NCBI GenBank assembly: GCA_044358425.1
Contig: CP054849.1
Span: 1,081,446-1,145,445, forward strand
DNA from: Marine Group I thaumarchaeote
GTDB taxonomy: Archaea; Thermoproteota; Nitrososphaeria; Nitrososphaerales; Nitrosopumilaceae
Reading direction: 5' to 3'
Length of the DNA: 64,000 bases
The position numbers and the translations under genes were made by a program. Positions 28,827 to 38,808 of the stretch are shown in pieces (position 1 is the stretch's first letter; each line of letters begins with the position of its first letter). Under the pieces are notes generated by a model. The model ran no database searches. It had not been told where the DNA came from and was given only the letters and a program-made list of their open reading frames with translations.

Positions 28827-29659
28827 CTCGAATGCTAAAAAAATCACTAGAAAGCGTTCTAACATCACAAGAAAGTAATGAATTAATTTCAGCATTTGAT
28901 CAAATTGGAAATATAATCATTGTTAGAATTCCAGACTCACTATTATCAAAGAAAAAAATTATTGGTGAAACTCTACTAAATGAGGTAAAAATTGTAAAAA
29001 GTGTATTTTATCAATCATCAGCAGTAGATGGAGATTTTCGCACAAGAAATCTAGAAATTTTAGCCGGAGAGGACAATACGGAAACAGAGTACAAAGAATT
29101 TGGGTGTAAATTTATTGTGGATGTAGAAAATGCATTTTTCTCACCTCGATTATCAACAGAAAGAGAAAGAATTGCAAAATTAACTCAAGACGGGGAAGTA
29201 ATTACAAACATGTTTGCAGGCGTCGGAATGTTTTCTATAATGGCTGCAAAAAAGAAAAAATGTACAGTATATAGTCTAGATTTAAATCCAATTGCATCAA
29301 AACTTTGTGAAAGAAATATTGCAATTAACAAACTAGCAGGAGAAGTCATTTCAATTAATGGTGATGCATCAAAAATTATTGAAGAGCAATTAATTGATAA
29401 ATCAGACAGAACATTGACATTATTACCAGAAAGATCAGATGAATTTTTGGATTCTGCAATCAGTACAACAAAAAGTGGGGGCATCATTCATTATTATTCT
29501 CACATTCATGCAGATAAAAAATCTGAAGCTGGAAAATTAACAGAGGAACATTATAAAAAAATCACACCAGTAAAATCAGAAATCCTTGGATCAAAAATTG
29601 TAAGAGCTGTAGGTCCAAGATATTATCAAACTGTTGTAGATGTTAAAATTACTAAGTAG
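28823..29659 (+). CDS. Trm5/TYW2 (Met-10+) family tRNA methyltransferase
   Basis: FDQIGNI, FFSPRLSTER, MFAGVG, DLNP motifs. Confidence 0.88.
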   Translation: MTRMLKKSLESVLTSQESNELISAFDQIGNIIIVRIPDSLLSKKKIIGETLLNEVKIVKSVFYQSSAVDGDFRTRNLEILAGEDNTETEYKEFGCKFIVDVENAFFSPRLSTERERIAKLTQDGEVITNMFAGVGMFSIMAAKKKKCTVYSLDLNPIASKLCERNIAINKLAGEVISINGDASKIIEEQLIDKSDRTLTLLPERSDEFLDSAISTTKSGGIIHYYSHIHADKKSEAGKLTEEHYKKITPVKSEILGSKIVRAVGPRYYQTVVDVKITK

Positions 29660-29882
29660 ATGAATCATCAGCTGATGTAATTGTTGCAGATGTAGGTTTT
29701 GTTGTTGCCATCACATATCCTATCCATGCAATAATTCCAAGAATACCACCAACAGCCATTAATACAGATAACTGTAAAACAATTGGAGACCATTCAGATA
29801 ACATTAGCAGATATGCATAAACAAAGAATCCACCAATACATAATACAAAAATTAGAACTCCCATCCCCTTGCGTTTATCCAT
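29652..29882 (-). CDS. Small two-TM membrane protein (DPM2-like appearance)
   Basis: Two hydrophobic helices, ending WIGYVMATTK. Confidence 0.7.
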   Translation of the reverse strand: MDKRKGMGVLIFVLCIGGFFVYAYLLMLSEWSPIVLQLSVLMAVGGILGIIAWIGYVMATTKPTSATITSADDSST

Positions 29883-29922
29883 ATCGGAAAATTTTTTCTG
29901 AGTTATTTATTGTTTTAATATA

Positions 29923-30420
29923 TTAATTCAATTCAACTGCCATCAAATAAGCAGATTCACCATCACGATAGTATGCATTTAGTTCTTGTCTAATAACAAA
30001 TCCAAGTTTTTCATAAAGACGAACAGCATCAGTATTGCTACATCTAACTTCTAGGTAAAACTCATCACAATTTCTATTCTTTACACCTATTACAGATTCT
30101 TCAACAAGTGCCTTACCAATTCCTTTTTTTCTATATTCATCTAGTACTGCAATAGAAACAACATGACCTTTTTTTACAAAACCCAGTTTTTTAAAATTTG
30201 AAAAACCAAATTCAGTTTTACACATTTCATATCCAACAATTTTACCGTTAATTTCTGCAACCAAAAATGCTTCAGGTAATTCTTGAAGTAGTGATTCATA
30301 AAAATAATCAGAATAGTGTTCAGGTAAAGTTTTGAGATTAATTTCCATAACAGAAATTAGATCGCTTTGTGCGGCTCTACGAATATTGCAATCACCAATT
30401 TGTCTCAAAATCACTTGCAC
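29923..30420 (-). CDS. rimI: Protein N-terminal acetyltransferase (Ard1/RimI family)
   Basis: LPEHY, GHVVSIAV...YRKKGIG, LEVR..N, YYRDGE motifs. Confidence 0.92.
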   Translation of the reverse strand: MQVILRQIGDCNIRRAAQSDLISVMEINLKTLPEHYSDYFYESLLQELPEAFLVAEINGKIVGYEMCKTEFGFSNFKKLGFVKKGHVVSIAVLDEYRKKGIGKALVEESVIGVKNRNCDEFYLEVRCSNTDAVRLYEKLGFVIRQELNAYYRDGESAYLMAVELN

Positions 30421-30493
30421 AAATACAGGATAAAACAATCAATATTTAATTTTAAACACAAAGATCATTAATGAATAAAAGATAGGAAAATAG

Positions 30494-31600
30494 ATGGTTG
30501 AAGATTCTCAAGATGGCGTAATTTCATTGGTTAATTCAATTTTTGATGTGGAAGAATTTACAAAAACAGAATTTACAATGCAATTTAAAATTAATAATTC
30601 AGAATTTCAAACAAAATTTGAAGATTTAGCCAGAGCCTTAGAAAACATGAGTTATGTTTGCAAAGTAGTAAAAAATGATGAAGGCATATTAATTGAAGTT
30701 CAAAAATTTACAATAAAAAAACCAAGAAAATGGCTCAATGCAACGTGGACACCACGAATATTGTTTGCAGTTGTAATTGGATTTGTAATGATTGATGGCT
30801 ATTATAGGACATCAGGTACAAATTCGATTATAGAGATTGGAGAGCCATTTGAAATGGCAATTGTGTATACACTTGCACTTTTAGGAATTTTAGGTACACA
30901 TGAACTTGGACATATCATTGCAGCTAAATCACATAAACTAAAAACAAGTTGGCCTTACTTTATTCCAGGGTTGCCAATAGTTGGAATTCCTACATTTGGT
31001 GCATTCATTCAATCAAAAGGATTAACAATTAATCGTAATATCTTATTTGATGTAGCTATTGCAGGACCAATTGCTGGACTAGCAATTGCAATTATTGTAT
31101 CACTTTATGGTGCATATACGGCTCCAATATTAGATCAAGAAATTGCAGAAGGACTGTTTGCAGAACAGGTGTTGGTTGAATGGGAACAAGGAGAACCATT
31201 ACTAATGACTGCAAGTTTAGCTGTGTTTGGTAAAGGAGGTCCAGGTCACGAAGTAATAATGACACCAGTAATGTTTGCAGCATGGATTGGATTTTTAATT
31301 ACATTTTTGAATTTACTTCCAGCATGGCAACTTGATGGTGGACATATGGCGAGAACTCTTTTGGGTCAAAAAATTCACAGATATGCAACATATGGCAGTA
31401 TGTTGATACTTGTTTTGTTAAATTATTGGCTCATGGCAATCTTAATTTTAGTTATGTCAATGAAAAATCCAAGTGCAACACCACTTGATGATATATCACC
31501 TCTTACAAAAAATAGAAAACTGGCATATATCGGAATTATAGTATTAGCAGTTTTGTGTGCACCATTACCATCAGGATTATTTTCAGGTATTTTACCTTAG
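30494..31600 (+). CDS. Site-2 protease (M50) membrane zinc metalloprotease
   Basis: HELGH, AGPIAG, NLLPAWQLDGG motifs. Confidence 0.93.
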   Translation: MVEDSQDGVISLVNSIFDVEEFTKTEFTMQFKINNSEFQTKFEDLARALENMSYVCKVVKNDEGILIEVQKFTIKKPRKWLNATWTPRILFAVVIGFVMIDGYYRTSGTNSIIEIGEPFEMAIVYTLALLGILGTHELGHIIAAKSHKLKTSWPYFIPGLPIVGIPTFGAFIQSKGLTINRNILFDVAIAGPIAGLAIAIIVSLYGAYTAPILDQEIAEGLFAEQVLVEWEQGEPLLMTASLAVFGKGGPGHEVIMTPVMFAAWIGFLITFLNLLPAWQLDGGHMARTLLGQKIHRYATYGSMLILVLLNYWLMAILILVMSMKNPSATPLDDISPLTKNRKLAYIGIIVLAVLCAPLPSGLFSGILP

Positions 31601-32674
31601 AAAAAGTCTAGCACCATCTGCAACTACGGTAACTTTTTGTCTTGCACCCTGTGTTTTTAAAATATAATCCATAGAATATTTTATTCCAGGTAAAGAAATC
31701 ATATCAAGTTTTTTTGCATAAAATTCAGGTAGAATTGAAACTAAACCAATTTGAAAATTCTTTTGTATTTCAGAAAGGTAAAGTAAATCCTCCATTCCGT
31801 TAATGTATTTTGTAGGATTCCTTAACTGTTCAAGTGTTAGCCTATCTTCAATATATTGTTGAATAGCATCAGAACCTAAACCACTTTTACATTCAGCAAC
31901 TAAAATTGCCAACCCATCTTTTTTGATAGCATTTGAACAATTCCAAAGAGATGATAAAGAATTTCCCAATGTGTCGTTACTTGCATCTTTGCCAGTACTC
32001 ATGATTATTGTTTTATGCTCACCAATATCTTTGATTGAATTTGATTCTAGAGTTTTTGTTGTTGAAAGTGTTGTTGAAGGATGAGCAATTGTAAAGTCAA
32101 GTATTCCTTCGGAATTTGCAATAATTTCAATTGCTTGTATCTCAAAATTATCTACAAATTTTTTTGCCTCGGTTAAACTTTCTGTATATTGTCCAGGTGT
32201 TGGAAGATTACTTTGTCTCTTAGCATAAGCTGAAAGCATAGATTCTTCTCCGAATTTTTTGATTAAACGAGTTGCAACAGTTTCATATCCAAATAAACCA
32301 TCAAATCCCATTTCCCCCATAAAAACAAGATTAGAATTTTTAATTTCAACATCATCAAATTCATTTATTGAACTACCTTCAGGCAAACCAGATTTAACTA
32401 AATTTAGGATTTTTTTATCAGTCAAAATTTTTGGAAAGGGTTTAGATTTTTGTTCACATAGAGTGAATAAACTTGTAATAATCTTGAGAATTGATTTGGA
32501 GTTATGTAAAACTACTAGTTCCATGGGTTTGGACAAATCCAAAGTATTGAGTCTCTCCATAATTGCTTGATCATCCAGAATTTTTCCATCAGAATCAATT
32601 TTTTGCTCTAAATTCTCTGCCTTTATATCCAAAACAACGTCGGTAATCCCATAATTTAACCAAATTTCAGGCAT
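31592..32674 (-). CDS. LarA/DUF2088-like (lactate racemase fold) protein, degenerate
   Basis: IWLNYG N-terminus; KKDGLAILVAECKSGLG C-terminal LarA-like motif. Confidence 0.55.
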   Translation of the reverse strand: MPEIWLNYGITDVVLDIKAENLEQKIDSDGKILDDQAIMERLNTLDLSKPMELVVLHNSKSILKIITSLFTLCEQKSKPFPKILTDKKILNLVKSGLPEGSSINEFDDVEIKNSNLVFMGEMGFDGLFGYETVATRLIKKFGEESMLSAYAKRQSNLPTPGQYTESLTEAKKFVDNFEIQAIEIIANSEGILDFTIAHPSTTLSTTKTLESNSIKDIGEHKTIIMSTGKDASNDTLGNSLSSLWNCSNAIKKDGLAILVAECKSGLGSDAIQQYIEDRLTLEQLRNPTKYINGMEDLLYLSEIQKNFQIGLVSILPEFYAKKLDMISLPGIKYSMDYILKTQGARQKVTVVADGARLFLR

Positions 32675-32724
32675 AATAGATACTAAATACAAACCAAAAT
32701 AAATCCAATGTAGTGAATTTTGAT

Positions 32725-33330
32725 ATGGAATTTGTGAAAGAATTTGTGACCTTTTTACATCAAAAGGAGATAATTAAGTTTGGAGATTTTACACTAGCCA
32801 GTGGGAAAAGTAGTTCGTATTATGTTGATTTAAGATTAGTTCCTAGCTATCCTCATGAATTTAGGATGATGGTAAAATATCTAGAAAATCAAATAACTGA
32901 AGACATTGGACTGGAAAATTTTGAAAGTATTGTTTCTGTGCCAACAGGAGGATTAGTTATTGCTTCAGCATTAGCAATTGAAACAGTAAAACCACTAATC
33001 TATGTAAGAAGTAAACCAAAGGATTATGGAACTTCAAAATCAGTTGAAGGAAAAATTCATGATAACATGAGAGTTGTGATGATAGATGATGTTGCAACTA
33101 CGGGAGGTTCAGTTGTAAATGCAATTAAATCACTAACAGAAGTAAATGTTCCAGTAAAAGATGCATATGTAATTGTAGATAGAATGGAAGGAGCTACTGA
33201 AGCCTTGGAAGAACTTGGAGTAAAAATGCACTCAATTCTAAATATCTTACAAATTACAGAAATATTATACGAACAAAAAATGATTGATGCAGAAATTTTA
33301 GATAAGGTAAAAAAGCAAATTAGTAAATAA
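32725..33330 (+). CDS. pyrE: Orotate phosphoribosyltransferase
   Basis: FGDFTLASGKSSSYYVD, KDYGT, MIDDVATTGGS motifs. Confidence 0.95.
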   Translation: MEFVKEFVTFLHQKEIIKFGDFTLASGKSSSYYVDLRLVPSYPHEFRMMVKYLENQITEDIGLENFESIVSVPTGGLVIASALAIETVKPLIYVRSKPKDYGTSKSVEGKIHDNMRVVMIDDVATTGGSVVNAIKSLTEVNVPVKDAYVIVDRMEGATEALEELGVKMHSILNILQITEILYEQKMIDAEILDKVKKQISK

Positions 33331-33442
33331 ATTAAGGCAGCTCAGACAAATGCCTTCCAATCATCAATTTCAGATATAACTCTGATTCTTCATTGCAGCC
33401 AGTAATTTTTGTATTAACTCATTTTAAAACTAATTGAAAAAA

Positions 33443-33516
33443 TGGGCCCGAAGGGCTTCGATCCCTTGGCTCACCGGTTATGAGCCGGTTACTCTACCAA
33501 GCTGAGTTACGGGCCC
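33443..33516 (-). tRNA. tRNA with CAT anticodon, most likely tRNA-Ile2 (agmatidine type) rather than Met
   Basis: Anticodon arm ACCGG-CTCATAA-CCGGT; GGGCCCG acceptor stem typical of archaeal tRNA-Ile. Confidence 0.85.
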
Positions 33517-33557
33517 TAAAATAACAAAAATTTTCTGAGGTATAAAATGTTATGAGG

Positions 33558-34190
33558 TTAACAGTATTCTTCATAACAACTGTCAAGTAACAAATTTTGT
33601 GCTGAAACAGATTTTTCAGCAATTTCAATTAGGTCACTTGTATCAGCATTGGATTTTTCAATGATATTTCTCCATGATGCTGCATGTCTAATGTCAGCTT
33701 CGGTGTGGAGTTTGAAATATTCAGTTGCTTTATCAGTTGTAATTTGATAGAATTCAGATAATCCATCTAGTTTTGTTTGACTAATTTTTGGAATTTCTTT
33801 TTCAAATGCATACATTGCACATGCACCACTATCAAAAGTATTCATTAATTCAGCCAAATCTGATACAGCTTGATTAGTTTTTTCTAATCCAGAATATGGG
33901 ATTAATTCGTTTTCAGAAATTCCTAGTTCTCCTGCAAAACTAATCCAAGGTTTAATGTGATCAGATTCTTCTTGTTGATTATCAACTAGTTCTGAAACTA
34001 CAGAATCAGGTGCTTTTTCAATAATTGGTGCCATAAATTCAGGAACAGCTTTAACAAGTTGGAAATATTCTTTTGAATATCCTGCTAATGATTCTTGAGT
34101 TAATTTACCATCAGACCACATTTCATAAAATGGGTGTTTTAGGAGACTTCTTTCTTCAATAATTTTATCGATTCTTTGGATTATATTCAT
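33558..34190 (-). CDS. CADD/PqqC/TenA-like heme-oxygenase-fold dimetal protein
   Basis: HPFYEMWSDGKL, EESDH, YAFE, EYFKLHTEADIRH metal-ligand motifs. Confidence 0.85.
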   Translation of the reverse strand: MNIIQRIDKIIEERSLLKHPFYEMWSDGKLTQESLAGYSKEYFQLVKAVPEFMAPIIEKAPDSVVSELVDNQQEESDHIKPWISFAGELGISENELIPYSGLEKTNQAVSDLAELMNTFDSGACAMYAFEKEIPKISQTKLDGLSEFYQITTDKATEYFKLHTEADIRHAASWRNIIEKSNADTSDLIEIAEKSVSAQNLLLDSCYEEYC

Positions 34191-34271
34191 AATTTTTGTG
34201 TAAATTTTCCAATACAAAAATCTTTGTTGTGTACCAAAAGATTTTATGATCTAAATGAAAAATTTCTTTGG

Positions 34272-34350
34272 GTTCCAGTGGTGTAGTCCGGTCAAGCATA
34301 CTGCCCTTTCAAGGCAGTGATCCCGGGTTCAAATCCCGGCTGGAGCACCA
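34272..34350 (+). tRNA. tRNA-Glu (TTC), CCA encoded
   Basis: GTTCCAG/CTGGAGC acceptor; CTGCC-CTTTCAA-GGCAG anticodon arm. Confidence 0.95.
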
Positions 34351-34390
34351 AGATTTAATTACTAATGAAGAGGGGTTTTGATCAATTATC

Positions 34391-35242
34391 TTGGACAGGA
34401 AAAATATCGAAATTAATCCTCTACTAGAGACATATGGGGAATATATTAAAAAAATTGATCTTGCTTTGGATAAAGAACTTGCACTATATTCAGAATCAGA
34501 ATTTATTGAACCTCTAAAATATTCATTAGAAGGCGGTAAAAGAATCAGACCAATAATTTTGAGTTTGTCTGCAGAAAGTATAGGAAAAATAGATGAAAAT
34601 GTATTGGCAGCATCATGTGCTGTAGAATTTTTACATATGGAATCAATCATTCATGATGATATCATAGACGACGAAACGATGAGAAGACAAAAAGACCCTT
34701 TTCATGTAAAATATGGTTATAATACGAGTGTCTTAACAGGAGATTTTGTTTTAGGATTAATTCTTGCAATATCATCAAGATTGGATAATGCAAGAATTAC
34801 AAAAGATTTAGCAACTACTGCCATGCTAATGAGTGAAGGAGAAATTATTGAAGGAAGATTGGAAGAAAGTGGAGACATCACATTTGATGATTACTTGAAA
34901 GTGATAGAATACAAAACTGCAACCGCATTTGAAGTTGCAGCAAGAATCGGAGGAATAGTAGCTGGTGGAACTGAAGAACAAATTGAAGCATTAACAGGAT
35001 ATGGAAAAAATCTTGGAATTGCATATCAAATAAGAGATGATTTACTAGATTGGAAAAATGAAGAAAAATTATTTAATTTACTAATTAAGAAAAGTGTTGA
35101 TCCAAGAGATGGGTTTAACAAAATGGAAGAATTGTTGAAAGAATATTCTGAGAAGGCTAGATCATTTTTGAGAAAAATTCCAGATAACGAAGCAAAAATG
35201 AATTTAGAAGAATTAATTAAATTTACTTCATTTAAGGCATAG
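34391..35242 (+). CDS. Polyprenyl diphosphate synthase (second paralog, probably medium/long chain)
   Basis: GGKRIRP, HDDIID, RR, YKTA, YQIRDDLLD motifs. Confidence 0.9.
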   Translation: MDRKNIEINPLLETYGEYIKKIDLALDKELALYSESEFIEPLKYSLEGGKRIRPIILSLSAESIGKIDENVLAASCAVEFLHMESIIHDDIIDDETMRRQKDPFHVKYGYNTSVLTGDFVLGLILAISSRLDNARITKDLATTAMLMSEGEIIEGRLEESGDITFDDYLKVIEYKTATAFEVAARIGGIVAGGTEEQIEALTGYGKNLGIAYQIRDDLLDWKNEEKLFNLLIKKSVDPRDGFNKMEELLKEYSEKARSFLRKIPDNEAKMNLEELIKFTSFKA

Positions 35243-36716
35243 AACCTATACTAAGTACTGGTGTTGCAAGTTCTACAAATTTGATTAATGGTTCTGGATA
35301 AACACCAAATCCTACCAAGAAGACTGTTGAGATGATCATAATTGCCATAACAGATCTTGGTTCAATAACTCTCTTTTCAGTTTCACCTTCAAAGTACATT
35401 TTTCTTGTTAACCATCCATAGTAAGCTAATGACAATGCACTGTTTAATACGCCTGCAATTGCAAGCCATGGAGCCCACCATAGTGCAGTACCTGCATCTA
35501 ATGCACTTCCAAACAGCATCAATTTACTCCAGAATCCAGAAAGTGGAGGAACGCCAGCAAGAGCAAATAATGCAATTACCAGACCTAATGCAGTTACAGG
35601 CATTCGTCTTCCAAGTCCTTTTAATTTATCAATATGAGTAACTGCAAGAGTTGTTACAATTCCTGCAATTGCAATAAATGCAGCACCTTTCATTACTGCA
35701 TGATTCATTATCTGATACAGTGAACCTTGTAAACCTAGAGAACTATGTGGAGCAACTGCAAGTCCAATCAAAATGTAACCTGCATGTGCAATACTAGAAT
35801 ATGCTAACATTCTTGAAATATTCTTTTGCATAATTGCTGCAATATTACCAATAGTCATCGTCATAACTGCAATTATACCAAGTGCTAAAGTCCAATCAAG
35901 ATGTAGTACCACCATTCCCAAAATTACAATTCTAATTGTTGCAGCAAATCCAGCTTTTTTGGTTGCTGCTGCAAGAAGTGCAGTAATTGGTGCAGGTGCA
36001 CCTTCATAGGTATCTGGAAGCCATTGATGGAACGGAACTAATCCCATCTTGAATCCAAATCCTGCTATAAACAATCCTACAGATAATAACGCTAATGGAA
36101 GCATTGATGGATCAAGTGTCGAATAACCTTGAATGACTTCTCCAATATTTGTAGAACCAGTTAATCCGTATGCAAGTGAAATACCATAAACAATAATTGC
36201 TGAAGATAATGCACCGAACAAGAAATATTTCAAAGCAGCTTCATTTGAGCTTGGGTTCTTTTTCCTAAATCCAACCAAAATGTATGTTGGAATACTCATT
36301 AATTCCCATGCAACAAATAACATTACAAGATCAGTTGAGTAAGCGACTAGAACCATACCAATAGTTGCAAGTAAAATTAGAGAATAGTAAACAGCCGGAG
36401 AGTTATGTTTTCTCATGTAATTAAAGGAGCCAACAGTGGTGAACAAAGCAACTATCAACATAGCAATTGCAAAGAAACCACCAAATGCATCATCAACAAC
36501 TACATCTTCAGCAAACAGAGCAGACGGAGACACATTTTCTTCTAGGAATTGATATCCAACATATCCCATAGATACGATTAATGCTGCAAATGCAATAATG
36601 GCATAAAATGAATTAGAACCTTGTTCTTTTCGTGCAATACTAATTATTGGAAGTAAAATACCAACGGTACCCAATATACCGATTATTACAAGAGGAGTTG
36701 AAGTAATTTCTAACAT
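35232..36716 (-). CDS. nuoN: Complex I subunit N
   Basis: EAALKYFLFG, FKMGLVPFHQWLPD motifs. Confidence 0.94.
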   Translation of the reverse strand: MLEITSTPLVIIGILGTVGILLPIISIARKEQGSNSFYAIIAFAALIVSMGYVGYQFLEENVSPSALFAEDVVVDDAFGGFFAIAMLIVALFTTVGSFNYMRKHNSPAVYYSLILLATIGMVLVAYSTDLVMLFVAWELMSIPTYILVGFRKKNPSSNEAALKYFLFGALSSAIIVYGISLAYGLTGSTNIGEVIQGYSTLDPSMLPLALLSVGLFIAGFGFKMGLVPFHQWLPDTYEGAPAPITALLAAATKKAGFAATIRIVILGMVVLHLDWTLALGIIAVMTMTIGNIAAIMQKNISRMLAYSSIAHAGYILIGLAVAPHSSLGLQGSLYQIMNHAVMKGAAFIAIAGIVTTLAVTHIDKLKGLGRRMPVTALGLVIALFALAGVPPLSGFWSKLMLFGSALDAGTALWWAPWLAIAGVLNSALSLAYYGWLTRKMYFEGETEKRVIEPRSVMAIMIISTVFLVGFGVYPEPLIKFVELATPVLSIGSMP

Positions 36717-36729
36717 GTCATCAAATCTC

Positions 36730-38805
36730 CTACATCAACAATATCAGAACTACAAATAATAATCCTGCTCCAAATACAAATAGATACGATTGTGAAACAC
36801 CAGTTTGGGTTCCTTGAATAACTTTAGCACCCCAACTAGCGGCTTTTTGAACGCCGTCATTCATACCATAATCAATTGCTGTTTTCTCAAAGTATCTTGA
36901 AACGCCTCTAGCCAACCATAATGGTGTTGTAACAAAGCACCAGTAGACAATTGCGTTAAGATACCATCTGTTTAAGAAAAGCTTGTGAATTGCATAAAAG
37001 AAAATATTTGAATTTACAAATTTAACAGGATCAACCCATCTTCCAATGTAAAAGATGTAACCTAATCCAATACCAGTAGCAAATGCTACTAAGGATGCAC
37101 CCAATGCAACTGGATTAAGTCCTTGTAAGAATTCTGGTAATATTGAAGATTCTTCTGCTGCTGCATGTGAACTATAAATTCCAAATGAGTTTTTAAGATA
37201 ATATTCAAACGTATGATGTAGTCCTTCTTCTGCAGATAATCCAATAATACCAATACCAATTGTAAGTACTGCAAGAATACCATATGGGACCCACATAGAT
37301 ACTGATGCTTCATGAATATGATGTCCTTCCTCTTCCATCTTTTCAATATGTTTACTCTTCTTGCCAAAGAATACCAAACCAATCATTCTTGTGGTATAGA
37401 ATGCTGTAATTATGGCAGTTAAAACAGCGATAATGAATAATGGTAATGCCCATTCGTTTCCAGATTCATATACTGCTGCAAAGATTGCATCTTTACTCCA
37501 GAAACCTGTTGTGATAAATGGTGCTCCCATTAAACCAAGACCTGCGGCCCACATGAATGCATACGTTTTCTTCATATGCTTTCTTAGACCACCCATGTCG
37601 GTCATAAATCGAGAACCAACAATATGCAGTAAAGAACCTGCTGCCATGAATAATGAAGCCTTAAACATTGCGTGAGAAATTAAGTGGAAAAATCCTGCAG
37701 TATAACCATCAACATATTGATGAGATAATCCTGCTACACCTAAAGCCATCATCATGTAACCAATTTGAGAACCTGTAGAATATGCTAAGACTTTCTTAAT
37801 TTCTGGATTAACCATACCTTGTGTTGCTAACAATAATGCGGTAATTGCACCAACCCAAGCAACAATTTCAAAGAATTGATCTGCTAAAATTCCTGCAGCA
37901 CCTAAAGCAAATACAAGTGGACCAATTCTTGCAACTAAGAAGACACCTGCTTTAACCATTGTAGCAGCATGAATTAATGCAGATACTGCAGTTGGTCCAG
38001 TCATTGCTTCTAACAACCATTCATTTAATGGGAATTGTGCGGATTTGCCCATTGCACCACCAAAGAGTAAAACAAATGCAGGAACTAACAATCCTTGAGC
38101 TGCCATTGCAGTTGCCCAATCAGTATCACCCATTAATTCTTTAAATCCAAATGTACCTGCAAACAAGAATATCAAAAGCATACCAGCAATCATCATTACA
38201 TCTCCAACTTTTGTCATGATGAATGCCTTCATACCAGCATGTGTTGGAGCATAGTAATCTAACATTCCAAGAACTGTACGTCCTTCAGTACCAACATGAT
38301 CTTTCTTCTTATCACGATACCAGAAGCTGATCAAAGCATAAGATGCTAGTCCTACACCTTCCCAACCAAAGAAGACTTGTAACAAGTTATCAGATAATAC
38401 AATCAATTGCATTGAACCGATGAAGAACATCATCCAGAACCAGAATCTTGTAATGTCTTTATCGCCTTTCATGTATCCTGTACTGTAAATCATAATCAAG
38501 AAAGAAATCCAAGCAACAACATTTGCCATTATGATTGAAAGTGGATCTGCTAAGACTCCAGCTTTAAGACCAATTGCTTCAATCCACATTATTTGATCAT
38601 GTAATTCATGAGCTTCTAATGCAACAGGAACCATTGTAGCAGCAGATACTGCACTCATTAGAGCAAATCCAACTGCAACGTATTTTGTTGCATTTTGAGA
38701 TAATTTTCCAATACCAGGCATTATCATTGCTGCGGCAAATGGCAAAATCCAAACTAACCAAGCGCTTATAGCAGTAATTTCAAATCCCATTAATTCAGTT
38801 GCCAT
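36730..38805 (-). CDS. nuoL: Complex I subunit L
   Basis: GWEGVG, GKSAQFPL, AMTGPTAVSALIHAATMV, HAMFKA motifs. Confidence 0.95.
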   Translation of the reverse strand: MATELMGFEITAISAWLVWILPFAAAMIMPGIGKLSQNATKYVAVGFALMSAVSAATMVPVALEAHELHDQIMWIEAIGLKAGVLADPLSIIMANVVAWISFLIMIYSTGYMKGDKDITRFWFWMMFFIGSMQLIVLSDNLLQVFFGWEGVGLASYALISFWYRDKKKDHVGTEGRTVLGMLDYYAPTHAGMKAFIMTKVGDVMMIAGMLLIFLFAGTFGFKELMGDTDWATAMAAQGLLVPAFVLLFGGAMGKSAQFPLNEWLLEAMTGPTAVSALIHAATMVKAGVFLVARIGPLVFALGAAGILADQFFEIVAWVGAITALLLATQGMVNPEIKKVLAYSTGSQIGYMMMALGVAGLSHQYVDGYTAGFFHLISHAMFKASLFMAAGSLLHIVGSRFMTDMGGLRKHMKKTYAFMWAAGLGLMGAPFITTGFWSKDAIFAAVYESGNEWALPLFIIAVLTAIITAFYTTRMIGLVFFGKKSKHIEKMEEEGHHIHEASVSMWVPYGILAVLTIGIGIIGLSAEEGLHHTFEYYLKNSFGIYSSHAAAEESSILPEFLQGLNPVALGASLVAFATGIGLGYIFYIGRWVDPVKFVNSNIFFYAIHKLFLNRWYLNAIVYWCFVTTPLWLARGVSRYFEKTAIDYGMNDGVQKAASWGAKVIQGTQTGVSQSYLFVFGAGLLFVVLILLM

Positions 38806-38808
38806 AAT

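Noticed and set aside
33331-33420. Short minus-strand open stretch (NTKITGCNEESELYLKLMIGRHLSELP) downstream of the CAT tRNA
   Set aside because: No in-frame start before an upstream stop apart from very late ones; too short to support a gene or relic
33443-34350. CADD-like gene flanked by two tRNAs as a possible integrative island
   Set aside because: No integrase, no duplicated tRNA 3' end (att site) and no obvious compositional shift
34309-34650. 113-aa minus-strand ORF
   Set aside because: Runs antisense through tRNA-Glu and the prenyl synthase; artefact
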